Source: Octopus vulgaris (taxonomy: Eukaryota). From it: a stretch of 64,000 bases of DNA. Made by a program: the position numbers and the translations under genes. The notes under the pieces are model-generated. The model was not told the DNA's origin and did not search any database. It saw only the letters and a list, made by a program, of their open reading frames with translations. Every line of letters begins with the position of its first letter. The stretch's first letter is position 1. Below are positions 27,095 to 40,004 of this stretch, in pieces. The stretch covers positions 74,338,001 to 74,402,000 of the forward strand of contig OX597821.1 in NCBI GenBank assembly GCA_951406725.2. Reading direction: 5' to 3'.

Positions 27095-27290
27095 TGTAAC
27101 CACATGTGAATCATTGGTGACATTGTTTTCTTCCGTCTTCCTTCTCTATTGGACTTTCCTCTGTGTCTCCTGTTTCTGAAGAAGAACTTTGCTCGAAACG
27201 TTAAACCGCCTTTATTTCCTTCACTGAGCATCTGCTAATACTTTACATGTACCACATCCTGGCATTGTTGTTTCTTTTGTGTTTGATATA
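27095..27290 (+). mobile_element. Hammerhead mini-element (family H2)
   Basis: gttt-CTGAAGAa-gaac-ttt-gctc-GAAAcgTT-aaac at 27172-27206; TA arrays on both sides. Confidence 0.7.
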
Positions 27291-27403
27291 TATATATATT
27301 TATGCATATATATATATGTATATATAAATACATATATATATATATATATATACATTTTTATACACACACACACATATATATATGAATAATATGGATTTAT
27401 CAT

Positions 27404-27620
27404 TTAGGCACAAGGCAAGCAACTTCGGAGAAAGTGTGTGTCTTGTCGGTTACATCGACTCACAGTGATTAACTGATACTTACATAATAGACCCCACCCC
27501 ACCCGAGAGGATGAAAGGCAAAGTCGACCTCGACGGAATTTGAACTCAAAACGTAAAGACAGACGAAATGCCGCTAAGCATTTTGCCCAGCGTGCTAACG
27601 ATTCAGCCAACTGGCCGCAT
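27404..27620 (-). mobile_element. SINE family A copy
   Basis: Reverse complement of the family A head and core. Confidence 0.85.
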
Positions 27621-28503
27621 TACGGTAATCATTAATATTATTTATTTGCTGTCATCGGAGAAAACATCTTCTGACTCCCAATTATCCATAGTTATTTGGA
27701 GACAGGCGAGTGGCGAGTGGCGATAAAATAAATACCTACCAAATTACTGAGTTAGGTATATCCGACTAAAACCAATACAACGGCGGTCCAACCTCTAAAG
27801 CGTACAATATAATAAAAGTATGTATTTTTTCCGTTTAGGACACAAATGAAGTGAAATAACTTCATGCAAGAATCGAAACCGTTTTTTTTAACACTCTGGG
27901 GAGCTGGTGATTTATTATCTATCTTCGTCATATAATCAATATAATCGATATAATCAATCGTATGTTTGGTATTTCAGTGGCGTAAATTAGTGTTAGATAG
28001 GACTTGGTGATCCCAATATGTCCGAATTGTCAAGAAGTTTACATGGCAGTCATAGGTTATCAGCCATCTTGGGCATCTTTGACCATAGTTTCGTGACGAG
28101 CCAAGATTTGCGAATGAATTTCGGTAAAGCGAAACTGTGCGGAAGCCGCCAGTCTGTTGCATCATACTGGTAATTCAAATGTCCAGATTTGTTATGCGAT
28201 TTTTCTTGATGATTACGTAAACATTTAAAAGATAATCCAATGAAAAGGGTCATTCAATTAAGTGAATAACTGTACAGTCATCATCAAAACTGACGGAGAT
28301 CCATTTACTTCTTATTAGCACTTGACACTAGAAATCTTTTAGTGGTTTTTATATCTGGTGTAAGTTTATGCGAATTGTTGTTTGTAAGATAATTTACAGG
28401 GGAAATATCCAAGTGGATATTGACACGTGACTCCCCAGTTTAATCCTTGCTGACAACACATTACCATTTCACTACGCAAATTTCCTAATTTATCGTGTCA
28501 CAG

Positions 28504-28799
28504 TTCCTGGTGAACGCGATTGCTTCAGAAAATTATTCAAATCAAAAAGAAATGGCAAAGAGGTCTGCATACTTAAAACACCTCGAAATATCTTCGAAAT
28601 GCTTGAGCAAACAACACAAGTAAACAACATTTACAAACAATCCAGAGAAATACGCGTCTTTACAGGAAAAAGTGACGATAACTCTGAGAGGAAGAAGAAT
28701 GGCGAAAATCTGGAAGCACCATTGTTATCGTCTTCCACGACGTCACAGATCCGCAGAGATACAGCGAATTATAATGGTTTCATACGCAAAAAAGGGTAA
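28504..28799 (+). CDS. Candidate host exon of unknown product
   Basis: Non-repetitive stop-free frame 28431-28796; 'ctaat...cacag' acceptor at 28503; possible donor gtaaag at 28796 or stop at 28797. No recognisable domain. Confidence 0.25.
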
Positions 28800-28979
28800 A
28801 GTCCTGTGCAAACATTATTCTTTCTCTCTCCACCTCTCTCCCCTCTCTCTCTGTCTCACGCGAGTGCGTGCACACACACACGCATACACACACATGCAAT
28901 CCAATGCTAACAGCATCATAACAACTTTCTGGAGCTGATCCCTCACCAGAATTGCGTTGTAATATTTCAGGTAATAAAA

Positions 28980-29860
28980 ATGGCGAGCTGGCAGAATCGT
29001 TAGCACGCTGGGCAAAATGCTAAGCGGTATTTCGTCTGCCGCTACGTTCTGAGTTCAAATTCCGCCGAGGTCGACATTGCCTTTCATACTTTCGGGATCG
29101 ATAAAATAAGTACCAGTTGTGTACCGGGGTCGATCTAATCGTCTGGCCCCCTCCCCAAAACATTTTGGTTTTGTGCCTAGAATAGAAAAGAATATTTCGG
29201 GTAATCAAGATGGCGAGCCCGCAGAAATGCTTAGCGACATTTCGTCTGTCTTTACGTTCTGAGTTCGAATTGCGCCGAGGTCGACTTCGCCTTTCATTTC
29301 TCTGGGGCTCAATAAAATAAATACAAGGGCGGCGAGCTGGCAGAATCGTTAGCACGCCGGGCGAAATGCCTACCGGTATTTCGTCTGGCGTTACGTTGTG
29401 AGGTCGACTTTGCCTTTATACTTTCGGGGTCGGTTAAATAAGTACCAGTAACGCACTGAGGGCCGATGTAATCGACTGAAACCCTTTTTCTGACCTTGTT
29501 TGTCCCCTCTATGTTTAGCCCCCTGTGGACAACAAATAAATAAATAAAATAAATACAAGTTGAATTCTAGGGTGGGTCTAATCGACTTGATCCCTCTCCT
29601 AGAATTGCTGGCTTTGTGCCAAAGCGAGAGAACATTATTTCAGGTAATATTTTTAACACCACTCACGTGGCGAGTTTGCAGAATTGTGTCGGACAAAACG
29701 CTTGTTGTCATTTTTCGCTTTATGTTCTGAGTTCACTGTTCACCGGGATCAAATCTGCCTTGCATCCTAATCATGGTCAATAAAGTATAGTCCCTGGCCA
29801 GTACTAAGGTAGATGTGATCGATTGGCCCCTTTCTCACAAAATTACTGTCCTTATTGGAA
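28980..29860 (+). mobile_element. Cluster of four SINE family A copies in the same orientation
   Basis: Heads at about 28980, 29210, 29328 and 29667. Confidence 0.85.
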
Positions 29861-29869
29861 ACCAATAAA

Positions 29870-30510
29870 CAGTAATCCCTCGACTTTCGCGGATGTTACG
29901 TTCCAAAACCCTCCGCGATAAGTGAAAATCCGCGAAGTAGAAACAGTACTGTACTGTACTGTGTATTTTTTTGTATTATTTTTATAATTTGTATATTCTT
30001 TTATTCTTTTCTTTTATTCTATTATTTGTTTCAGTCATCTGACTGCGGTCATGCTGGGACCCCGCCTTTAGTCGAACAAATCAACTGCAGGACTTATTCT
30101 TTGAAAGCCTAGTACCTATTCTATGGGTATCTTTTGCTGAACCGCTAAGTTACGGGGACGTAAACACACCAACATCAGTTGTCAAGCGATGGTGGGGGGG
30201 ACAAAAACACACACATATATATCTATATATATAAACGACAGGCTTCTTTCAATTCCGTCTACCAAATCCACTCACAAGGCTTTGGTCAGCTCGAGGCTGT
30301 AGTAGCCCAAGTAGCACATTTGCCCAAGGTGCCACACAGTGTGACTGAAATCGGAGCCACGTCGTTGGCAAGCAAGCTACTTACCACAGAGCCACTCCTG
30401 CGCCTACATATTTATTTTATTATAAATGCAAAACAACACCACGGGGTAATCGACGTAAGCTTAAATAATAAACCGCGATAGTTGAACCGCGATATGGCGA
30501 CGGATTGCTG
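29870..30510 (+). mobile_element. Tigger/pogo-like MITE interrupted by a SINE B (about 30000-30405, minus strand)
   Basis: TIRs 'cagtaatccctcg' / 'cgacggattgctg' followed by TA. A second copy lies at 33158-33363 (-). Confidence 0.75.
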
Positions 30511-30734
30511 TACTTACTACCTCAACATCGAACATCTATTATCCCAAATAAACCATAAATGAGACTGGATCGGCAACACTGTTACAGCGGCGTTGCTTTT
30601 ATAATGGACATAAAAACGTATTCATTTACACAGATATCAAACATAGCATTTGTAAACGTTAAACTACACTACGGTAGAAATGCAGGATTTCACCTGCATC
30701 AACACGTACATTAATACAATATGCTTGTATTAGA

Positions 30735-31113
30735 GTACCCCCTTCGGTCATAAAGGATCAGGGGATTGCACCCAGACAGTTTCCCCCGTAACATAGCAGT
30801 TCGGCAAAAGAGACCCGTAGATTGCACCCAGACAGTTTCCCTCCAAGGCACAAGTCCGAGCAAGGTTGTTTATGCAAGACCAGCAGTCACCCATGCATAC
30901 CAGACACCCCTCTCCACGCCTCCGATGTTATCCAAGGGAAAGGGGTCGATACAGCTTGGTATCAGTCACATTGCAACTCATTTCTACAGCTGAGTGAACT
31001 TGAGTAACATGAAATAAAGTATCTTGTTCAAGAGCACAACACACAACCCGATCCGGGAATCGAACTTACAACCTCATGATTGTCAGCCTGACGCTCTAAC
31101 CACTGAGCCATGC
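30735..31113 (-). mobile_element. tRNA-derived SINE (family D)
   Basis: Minus strand reads 'gcatggctcagtggttagagcg...gttcgattccc...tgtgctcttgaacaagatacttt'. Related to 46974-47225. Confidence 0.75.
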
Positions 31114-31199
31114 GAGTACGTTATATAATAGATACATTGTACGTATACAGGATATATATTAATTAACATATATAAATATATATGCCACAGTCATCATCA

Positions 31200-32760
31200 T
31201 AAACCGATAATGCCATAACCAGGCTCCCTTTATATCCTGGGCAATTCACGCCAACACACACAACATACAGTTCTTTCTAAGTCAATTCCAACGTTCTTTC
31301 ATAGTTAGCTCTCACCTTCTGCTCTGCACATCTAGATACCACAAACACTATCCAAAATCTTGGCCCTCATACTAATTTTCATGATAGACACTCGCATTCA
31401 TATGTGAATGAGGGCGGAAAGTGTACTTTTGCAAACTTCACCAAAGTACATAGCAACTTCTTTCGCCAAGAAACAGTATGAAGGCTTTCAGAATTCAGCA
31501 CAGTCACCATCATAAACAGAGACCTTGCAGTTCATTTAAATAATTATAAAGGCTTATGTAAAACACATCCAACATAAAACATACGGCCCCAATTACATAC
31601 CAAAAATAGCCAAACTCATAAAAACCAGTGACAACCTCAAACACATTACTACAAACAATCAAAATAAAAAAAAAACTCGGCATCAAACAACTATGCGAAG
31701 AAATAACAACAAAAGCAAAAAAGCAGTAAGGTAAAGAACAAAAACGAAAACTGGCAAGAATTTGTATGGAACATAAAGAAAAGAACAAAGAATAAAACAG
31801 TGTCGAGAGTAATTAGCATCAACAACAACAACAATGGTCAAACCAAATTTCATGTCACAAGAACAATGAGAAATAATATGTCTACATATATCAATAAATC
31901 AAAGACCCCTACCAACGGATATGGCTGAAAAAACCACCGACAGCCATAAAAGAAGGCAGTAAACACAAAACGGATAAATAACTGCCTTTTACTAGGGCAA
32001 CGGCCACGATTTCGCCGCCCCACCACTTCCAGCAATGAAATACCAAAATCAATGAAAAAATATAAAATCTTAAAATGCTTGAAGGTGTGGCAGACTCCCA
32101 GTTATACGAGTAAAAATACTTTCGGACTTGAAGGAATTACTGCACTTCCCAAATTCTTCAACCACTCATACCAGCAAAACCAAATTCCGAGGATACGAAA
32201 GCTGAAGAATAAATAAAACAGTTCCACATGCCAAAAGAAGTACAGACCCCCAATGCCCTATCCTGAACATTCTAAATCAGCGGTTCTCTTCCACCTTTTC
32301 ACCAATGGACACCTTTCATTCCTATTATGCTCCACTGGACATTCACAGCCATAGGATGTTTTTAAAAAGCCTATTATTTTTATAGATTTTATATGGAATT
32401 TTATAAAATTTTATAAAAAAGTCAAAATATTTTGTATATTGTAGACGAATGAACAAATTTATTGGACATGAATTTTAACAACTTCTTACGTGGACCCCGG
32501 TTGAGAATTAGTGATCTAAATAATTCCAGAGAACCTTATCCATGACATCAAATTATTCCTCCTTAACATCTGCTCTATACCAGGTATTTAGTACAAATCC
32601 TCACCACACTATACACGAATGAAACATAGAAATTATACAACTTTACCAACAAAAGGACTCTTAGAAGTATCATTCTAATAACCATCGACGTCAGCAAAGC
32701 TTTCATCACGAGTCCGTCTTTCTCATCATACAAAAGAAAAAGTTTCCAAAACACCATTTT
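31200..32760 (+). pseudogene. Highly degenerate LINE RT relic
   Basis: A-rich coding-like strand with motif ILITIDVSKAF near 32670-32705; many stops. Confidence 0.45.
32278..32513. mobile_element. hAT-like MITE
   Basis: Ends 'cagcggttctc' / 'gagaattagtg' with a near-perfect 8 bp TSD (ttctaaat/atctaaat). A related copy lies at about 18993-19240. Confidence 0.6.
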
Positions 32761-33116
32761 TTAAAAGTAAAGGGAAACGCTGTCCTGGCGCCTAAGTCTA
32801 CGTATTATGAAAAAACAAGTCTTGCCAATTTCCAGGTGTAAGTAAGTCTGAGTTTCATTTGGTTAACGACAATAAATTTGAAGTTTTCTGCTAACGGCGA
32901 GATTCGCCATATTGCATTCCATGTAAATAAATAGTAGAATAGCTTAGACATAGCTGTATCGTCAAGAAATCTGCTTCGCAAGCGTATGGCTGCGGGTTCG
33001 ATGCGAGTGTCATGCTGGACGGCTGTATACTGTCATATCATTTGGTTGATCAAAACCTCTGAGTGAGATTTAATGGGCATAAAAGAAGTCCGTCGTATAC
33101 AGACCCATCCAGCCAC

Positions 33117-33157
<41 letters not shown>

Positions 33158-33160
<3 letters not shown>

Positions 33161-33360
33161 CGGTTCACCTATCATGGATTATTATTTAAGCTTACGTCGA
33201 TTCCTTCTTGGTGTTGGTTTGCATTTATAATAAAATAAATATACAAATTATAAAAATAATAAAAAAATATACAGTACCGTACTGTTTCTACTTCGCGGAT
33301 TTTCACCTATCGCGGGGATGGGTGGAGTGGAACGTAACATCCGAGCTTGCCGACGGATTA

Positions 33361-33363
<3 letters not shown>
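33158..33363 (-). mobile_element. Tigger/pogo-like MITE copy, truncated by (TA)n
   Basis: Reverse complement of 29870-30510 without the SINE insert; ends 'ggattactg|ta'. Confidence 0.7.
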
Positions 33364-33415
<52 letters not shown>

Positions 33416-33419
33416 AAAA

Positions 33420-33576
33420 AGATGTGGAACACGAGTTGTGATATATAAGAAGGAAATGAAGAAAATGCTGACAAAATACTTTAAGTAATTTAAGTAATTT
33501 AATTAGGTAAAAAAAACTATCACCTAATTAATTACTTAAATTACTTAAATTATTTCGTCAGCATTTTCTTCATTTC

Positions 33577-33580
<4 letters not shown>
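33420..33580. mobile_element. Fold-back 3' terminus of a related PLE family
   Basis: ~55-60 bp inverted arms (33450-33507 / 33522-33578). The tail 'cagcattttct...caactcgtgttcc' resembles the main PLE terminus. Confidence 0.55.
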
Positions 33581-33620
<40 letters not shown>

Positions 33621-33628
<8 letters not shown>

Positions 33629-34080
33629 AAGGGTGAAAAGGAACACACGAGTTGATATATATGAAAAAACAAGTAAAAAATAGAAAATGCTAAAATAATT
33701 TTATAGTGAACATTTCAGTACCGGTTTCGGTCATTTTGAGACCTTTTCAACTGTAACGATTAAATAATTAAATTTAGAAAAATTAGAAGAAAAGTTTTTT
33801 TAAAAGAATATTTCTATAGTAGTGTTCAGATTTAAGTGGCATTCTGCCTTTCTCTGACTACCTCGAACACACAAGTGCAAACAAGGGAGTCAGAGAAAGG
33901 CAGAATGCCACTTAAATCTGAACACTACTATAGAAATATTCTTTTAAAAAAACTTTTCTTCTAATTTTTCTAAATTTAATTATTTAATCGTTACAGTTGA
34001 AAAGGTCTCAAAATGACCGAAACCGGTACTGAAATGTTCACTATAAAATTATTTTAGCATTTTCTATTTTTTACTTGTTT

Positions 34081-34090
<10 letters not shown>
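33621..34090. mobile_element. Inverted (fold-back) pair of termini of the main PLE, with two hammerheads (33716-33753 -, 33994-34031 +)
   Basis: ~200 bp perfect arms (about 33655-33859 and 33888-34092) with a 28 nt loop. Sequence matches 26794-27024; flanked by (TA)n. Confidence 0.9.
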
Positions 34091-34143
<53 letters not shown>

Positions 34144-34186
34144 CGTATATATGTATATATATATGCATATTTTACATATACATATA

Positions 34187-34245
<59 letters not shown>

Positions 34246-34301
34246 TTATATATATGTATATATGTATATATATATATATGCATATTTTACATATATATAT
34301 G

Positions 34302-34339
<38 letters not shown>

Positions 34340-34638
34340 ATGATAATATAGGCTAGAATTGATTAATCAATTAATCAATTAATTATTAATAATTAATAAT
34401 TTTGCCAAGTAGTCAGTACGTTAATATAACCTTTACAGGTGAATTATACAAAATATTGTATAATTATATACATAAATATAATTACAATCAAGGGTCAGCT
34501 GATTGCTTCGCAAAGTACTGAAATTAAAAATAGAAGCTAATGCCATTTCAACTACCATAAGTATCTCCGAGACAATAGCACACACTTTTTATGTACATAC
34601 ATGCATACATACACACATACATATACATATATATATAT

Positions 34639-34715
<77 letters not shown>

Positions 34716-34770
34716 TATATGTATATATACATATACATATATATATATGTATATGTATGTACGTATGATA

Positions 34771-34958
34771 GATCGTTAGCCACTACACACATGTTTTCTC
34801 TCCTTGTTTCTCTCGTTATTTCTGTGTTCCTTTCTGTAGAAGAGCGTAAGCTCGAAAGGTTAAAGAGTTTTTCTATTCCTGGGCGTTATACTAATACATC
34901 TGTTTGTTTGTTTTGTACACCACTTGTCTTCGTCTTTTGTTTTTTCGTAAACTCTCCC
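34771..34958 (+). mobile_element. Hammerhead mini-element (family H1)
   Basis: cttt-CTGTAGAa-gagc-gtaa-gctc-GAAAggtt-aaag at 34830-34865; ends 'aaactctccc(TA)n'. Confidence 0.7.
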
Positions 34959-35229
34959 TATATACATATATATATATATATATTTGTATAAGCAAAGACA
35001 AAGCTATAAAGTGATGCGTAAGCACTGAACTGAAATTTATCCAATAATTTCTTGTTCCCTTGTTTTCTTGATTACGCCATTTTTTTTCTATCTTGACCCA
35101 TATTTCCTCACTAAATCGTCTTCCCATTGTCATGGAGGCCTTTCAATTGAGCTTTTCTGTTTTCTTGGATACCATGCAGCAACTGCACGAGTCCACCTTT
35201 TGTCTGTGAACGTTGCGACATGTGTGTGT

Positions 35230-35310
<81 letters not shown>

Positions 35311-36204
35311 TGTGTGTGTCTGTGTGTGTGTTTGTGTGTGTGTTAAGTCTCTAATGAGTGCTGCTAGTGAGGGAATGTCTTCCGGATGGACAAATATAAA
35401 TATTCCTGAAACATATTTAACAGAAAGAGTTTGCGTCCCTATTGTGCGGTAAGAAGTTTATTTCGAAACAACATGGTCTCTGGTTCAGTCCCACTTCGTG
35501 GCACCTAAGGCAAGAGTTGTTGTACTATAGCTTTGGGCCGACCAAATCCCTGAGTGGAGCTTGTAAGCGGAAACTGAAAGAAGCCCATCATGGAGAGGAA
35601 TTCTTTAATGTATTAAAACTAAGAGGCCCCGATTTCCAGTAGTCAGAGTTGCCGTGGAAGTTGAACCCGGAGTCATGTGGTTGGGAAGCAAGCTTCTTAC
35701 CACACAGCCACGCTTGCACCTGTATGTATATATATATATGTGTGTGTATGTATGCATGCATATATGTATCTACGTATGTATGTGTGTGTATGTATGTATG
35801 TATGTATGTATGTATGCATGTGTGTATATATATATGTATATATGTATATATGTATCTATGCATGTGTGTATGTAAGTATCAATCCATGCATATATGTGTT
35901 TATGCATGTACGTCTGTATGCATGTATTTAAATCTGTATGCATACATGCATGTATGTGTGCATGTATGTATGTATGTATGCATGTATGTATGTGTGCATG
36001 TATGCATACACATATGTACGTATTATGGCAGTGCGTGTGTATGTGTAAGCATGTATGTGTATGTATATGTGCGTGTATGACACCGTAGTTTTTGAGTGGT
36101 TACTGTAGTAACTGACAGTCGTATGATCATGTGGTTGTATGCATGTGTGTGTGTGAGACTGTGTATATTGCATGTATGTGTGTATATTATAATGTCAGTG
36201 CGTT

Positions 36205-36235
<31 letters not shown>

Positions 36236-36386
36236 AAGAGAGAGAGTGAGAAAAAGAAAAGTGAGAGTAGTGCGGAAAGGGAATTAGAGAGAGTGAGTAG
36301 AGAGAAAGAATTAGAAAGAATGAAAAAGGAGATGAAGGGGAGGAGGAGAGCATGTTCCTACGCGCACGCACGTGTGTGTGCGTATG

Positions 36387-36450
<64 letters not shown>

Positions 36451-36828
36451 TGTGTGTGTGGTTGGCAGGACCTAGTTATATCAGCTATTGTAAAACTGAC
36501 AATGCCATTCAGAAGGTGTGTGTATATATGTGTATAGCACTACGCGTTTTATATTGATCTATATGTGCGTGTGCGTACCTATATCGATTATTTGTATGTC
36601 CGTGTGTTCGACGTTGTCGTCAGAGATTTGCGTATCTGTGTGTGTGTGCGTGAGTATTTGGGGTTCAAGTGAAGAATGTTTATATGTGTGTGCTGTACAC
36701 AGTGTATTGTGTATGTGTCTGTGTTTCCATTAGTGTGTATTTGGGTGGTTGTGTGTATATAATCATACCTATATGGTATGGTAAGAAGGTGCCAATATGT
36801 GTCCCTCTCCTGTCATACATTATAATAA

Positions 36829-37222
36829 ACTAGCAGTATCACCCGGCGTTGCTCGGGTTTGTTTCGACCCTTTAGAATTGGAATTTTTGAAAAGTAGAAG
36901 TTTTCCATTATGTAGCTTGTTATTCTCTTTAAGTGAACATTTTCCTGGTTGAAATACCCCGAAAAATGGCGACACAGCAGTCAAAAAATCGTAAACAATA
37001 GGGATTTTCATAGAAAAAAAGCATCATTTTGATGTAAATAATTTTTGGCGTTAACATGGTCCGATTTGAATTTTATCTTCTATGGAATAAAGAGCAAGCC
37101 TTCTTCTATCATACTCTCAATTTTGGTCAACTTGCGCCGTAGGGTCTTGGAGGCGATAGTGTTAGTTGAAGACTACCAAACCTGCTATACACAGACAATT
37201 TCAGCTTTATATATAGAGAGAT
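36829..37222 (+). mobile_element. Putative non-autonomous Helentron/Helitron2-type element
   Basis: 'actagcagtatcacccggcgttgctcggg' subterminal hairpin; ends 'ctttatatatagagagat'. Confidence 0.55.
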
Positions 37223-37301
37223 AACGATATATATATACATGTGTGTGTGTGTGCATGTATATTTATCTATTTATCTATGTATATATACTGTTGTGTCAAG
37301 A

Positions 37302-37338
37302 CTATTGAAAAGGTTGCAAGACGCAACGAAAATTTTAG
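37302..37338 (+). ncRNA. Hammerhead-like motif, U3-A8 variant, unrelated sequence context
   Basis: cta-UUGAAAA-g-gttgc(aagac)gcaac-GAAA-aUUU-tag, in a ~200 bp island between TA-rich arrays. Confidence 0.5.
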
Positions 37339-37519
37339 GAAAATAAAAATAAGAAAAAAAGTGGAAATTTTACCGGTGAGTATGTTAAATAATAAGGCAC
37401 AAAAAGAAAATGACTCTCCCCAGACACAACAGAATATGCTTCAACACACGAACTCATATAAAGAATCTTGCAAGCCAAATCCTAAAACGAAATATGTGTA
37501 TATATATATGTATGCATAT

Positions 37520-37733
37520 GTCTTTTCTTTTATTTGTTTCAGTCATTTGACAGCGGCCGTGCTGGAGCACCACCTTTAGTCGAACAAATCGACCCCAGGA
37601 CTTATTTTGTGTGAGCTTAGTACTTATCCTATCGGTTCCTTTTCCGAACCGCTAAGTTACGGGGGCGTAAACACACCAACATCTGTTGTGAAGCGGTGAT
37701 GGGAGGACAAACACAGACACACAAACACAGACG

Positions 37734-37800
<67 letters not shown>

Positions 37801-37950
37801 GACGGGCTTCTTTCAGTTTCCGTCTACAAAATCCACTCACAAGACTTTAGTCGGCCCGAGGCTATAGTAGAAGACACAACGCAATGGGACTGAACACGGA
37901 ATCATATGGTTGGGAAGCAAACTACTTACTACACAGCCATGCCTGCGCTT
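37520..37950 (-). mobile_element. SINE family B copy
   Basis: Full-length family B on the minus strand. Confidence 0.85.
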
Positions 37951-38818
37951 ATATATGTGTATATATTTATATATACATATATGTATTTATATTGATATGT
38001 CATCAAATATGTATAGACTTACACACACACAAACATACACACACACACACACAAACAAATACACACAGTTATGCGCAGGCATATAATATTTTAACTACGA
38101 GAATCATAACTTGCCTGAATATCCGATGCAGCTTCATGTGAAACTCGGAGTAGCAAGAGACTGACTCGACTAAAATAAAATATCTTATTTAAGTCTTTAC
38201 TACCTGACAGAAATCTTTACACGCCTGACAAAATACCCATCTGTGTTTCGTTCATCTTTATGTTCTGAGTTCAAATTCCACCGAGGGCCGTATACCTTTC
38301 ATCCTTTCGGGCCCGATAATTTGAGTATCATTTGAGCACCGGGGACGATATTTTCCACTATCTTGCCTCTCAAAATTGTGCCTATAGTATGTGCCTCTAC
38401 TGTGATATTGGGTACTCTTTTTCTGACTGTTAACACTAAAGGAATATGTGTGTGTGTGTATTGGACTACATTGGCGATTATGACGTATGAAAAGCATGTT
38501 CTTCGCTAAACAAGGGGTCTTGCTCCCTGAATTTCCAATTCAAAGACACTGAGTCCGCCCTCAGACACCTGTAGCTTAGAGAAACACGTAAGCAGAATCA
38601 TAGTCACAGAGGGATAAAAAAAAACTGGACCTTTCAATCGCCAAACCACGACGTCAGACGGGTTTGTATATTCACATCTCGTATCTGTGATAAAAACGGT
38701 AAAGGAAGTTGGCTGAACGGTTGTGAACTTCTTAATTACTTAATCATGCCTGATTCTATTTGCATGTATGTATGTATGTATGTATGTATGTATGTATGTA
38801 TGTATGTATGTATGTATG

Positions 38819-38884
<66 letters not shown>

Positions 38885-38989
38885 TGTATGTATGTAGGTC
38901 TCTTCTATTTTCTGATTATTATAAATCTTCCACTGGGGGGGGGCTGGTTTTCAACAAAGATACAAGGCGCCATCAAATTCACATTTTGT

Positions 38990-39612
38990 ACCTGAGAAAA
39001 ATCTTGCATATCTTTAATGTTCCACATGCAGACAGCCCTTGTAATGTATGAATTAGCCGGTCGATTTCTCTTTCTGAAAACCCCAATTTATCCAGATTCT
39101 CCTTTAAGCATTTACTAACAAAATCTGGTGCTCCAATTATTATTCGTATGAATATGAATTCCTATTTTGGATCTAGAAGCTGGAGTTTTCGAAACAGTTG
39201 TGCATAGATACCCTACTTTACATTGATTTTCAGAGAAATTTATATCTGCAGGGCAGCTGCCCTCTATGACGGTACATTTCTTTGCCCCTCTGTCCTAAAC
39301 AACAATAATAATCCGGCCTGTTATGTTTACATTTAGTAGACGTGTTGATGGTGGAATTCCACCAGTATTCCTTGAGTTGGTGTTTATGAACGTATTCCAT
39401 AACAGAGGGATTTTCTAAGATTATTTCAGGACAGTTGTCTTTTCTGCAGATGGCATTGCGGCAGCATCGTGCCGCATAGGGCAGTAGTACCGTGACGACA
39501 TTTTAGGACAGCTGCTTATCACATGAGTGATGTCTTTCACAGAAACCTGAAATAAAGTACACATGCAGTTGCACCTTGGGATTACAAGAGCATCACTGTG
39601 TCTTTTGTTCCT
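38990..39612 (-). pseudogene. Degenerate RLE-LINE fragment (CCHC knuckle and RLE C-terminus)
   Basis: DITHVISSCPKMSSRYY..RHD motif; the downstream frame is broken. Confidence 0.6.
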
Positions 39613-39965
39613 GGAGATTGTATGTATGTATACACACATATATACATATACAGGTATATATATATACATACACATTTATTTACGTACGCATATATATGTA
39701 TATATATATACATACACATACATAAATATATTCTTCTATATACGTATGCGTGTATGCATGTGTGTGTATGTGTGTATGTGTATATATATATTTCTTTATT
39801 GCACACAAGGGGCTAAATATAGAGGGGACAAACAAGGACAGACAAAGGGATTAAGTCGATTACAACGACCACAGTGCGTAACTGGTACTTTATCGACCCC
39901 AAAAGGAAAATATACGTTTCAAAGTGTATCATACTGTGTCTAAGTTTGTAGGAGTACAATGGAAA

Positions 39966-40004
<39 letters not shown>

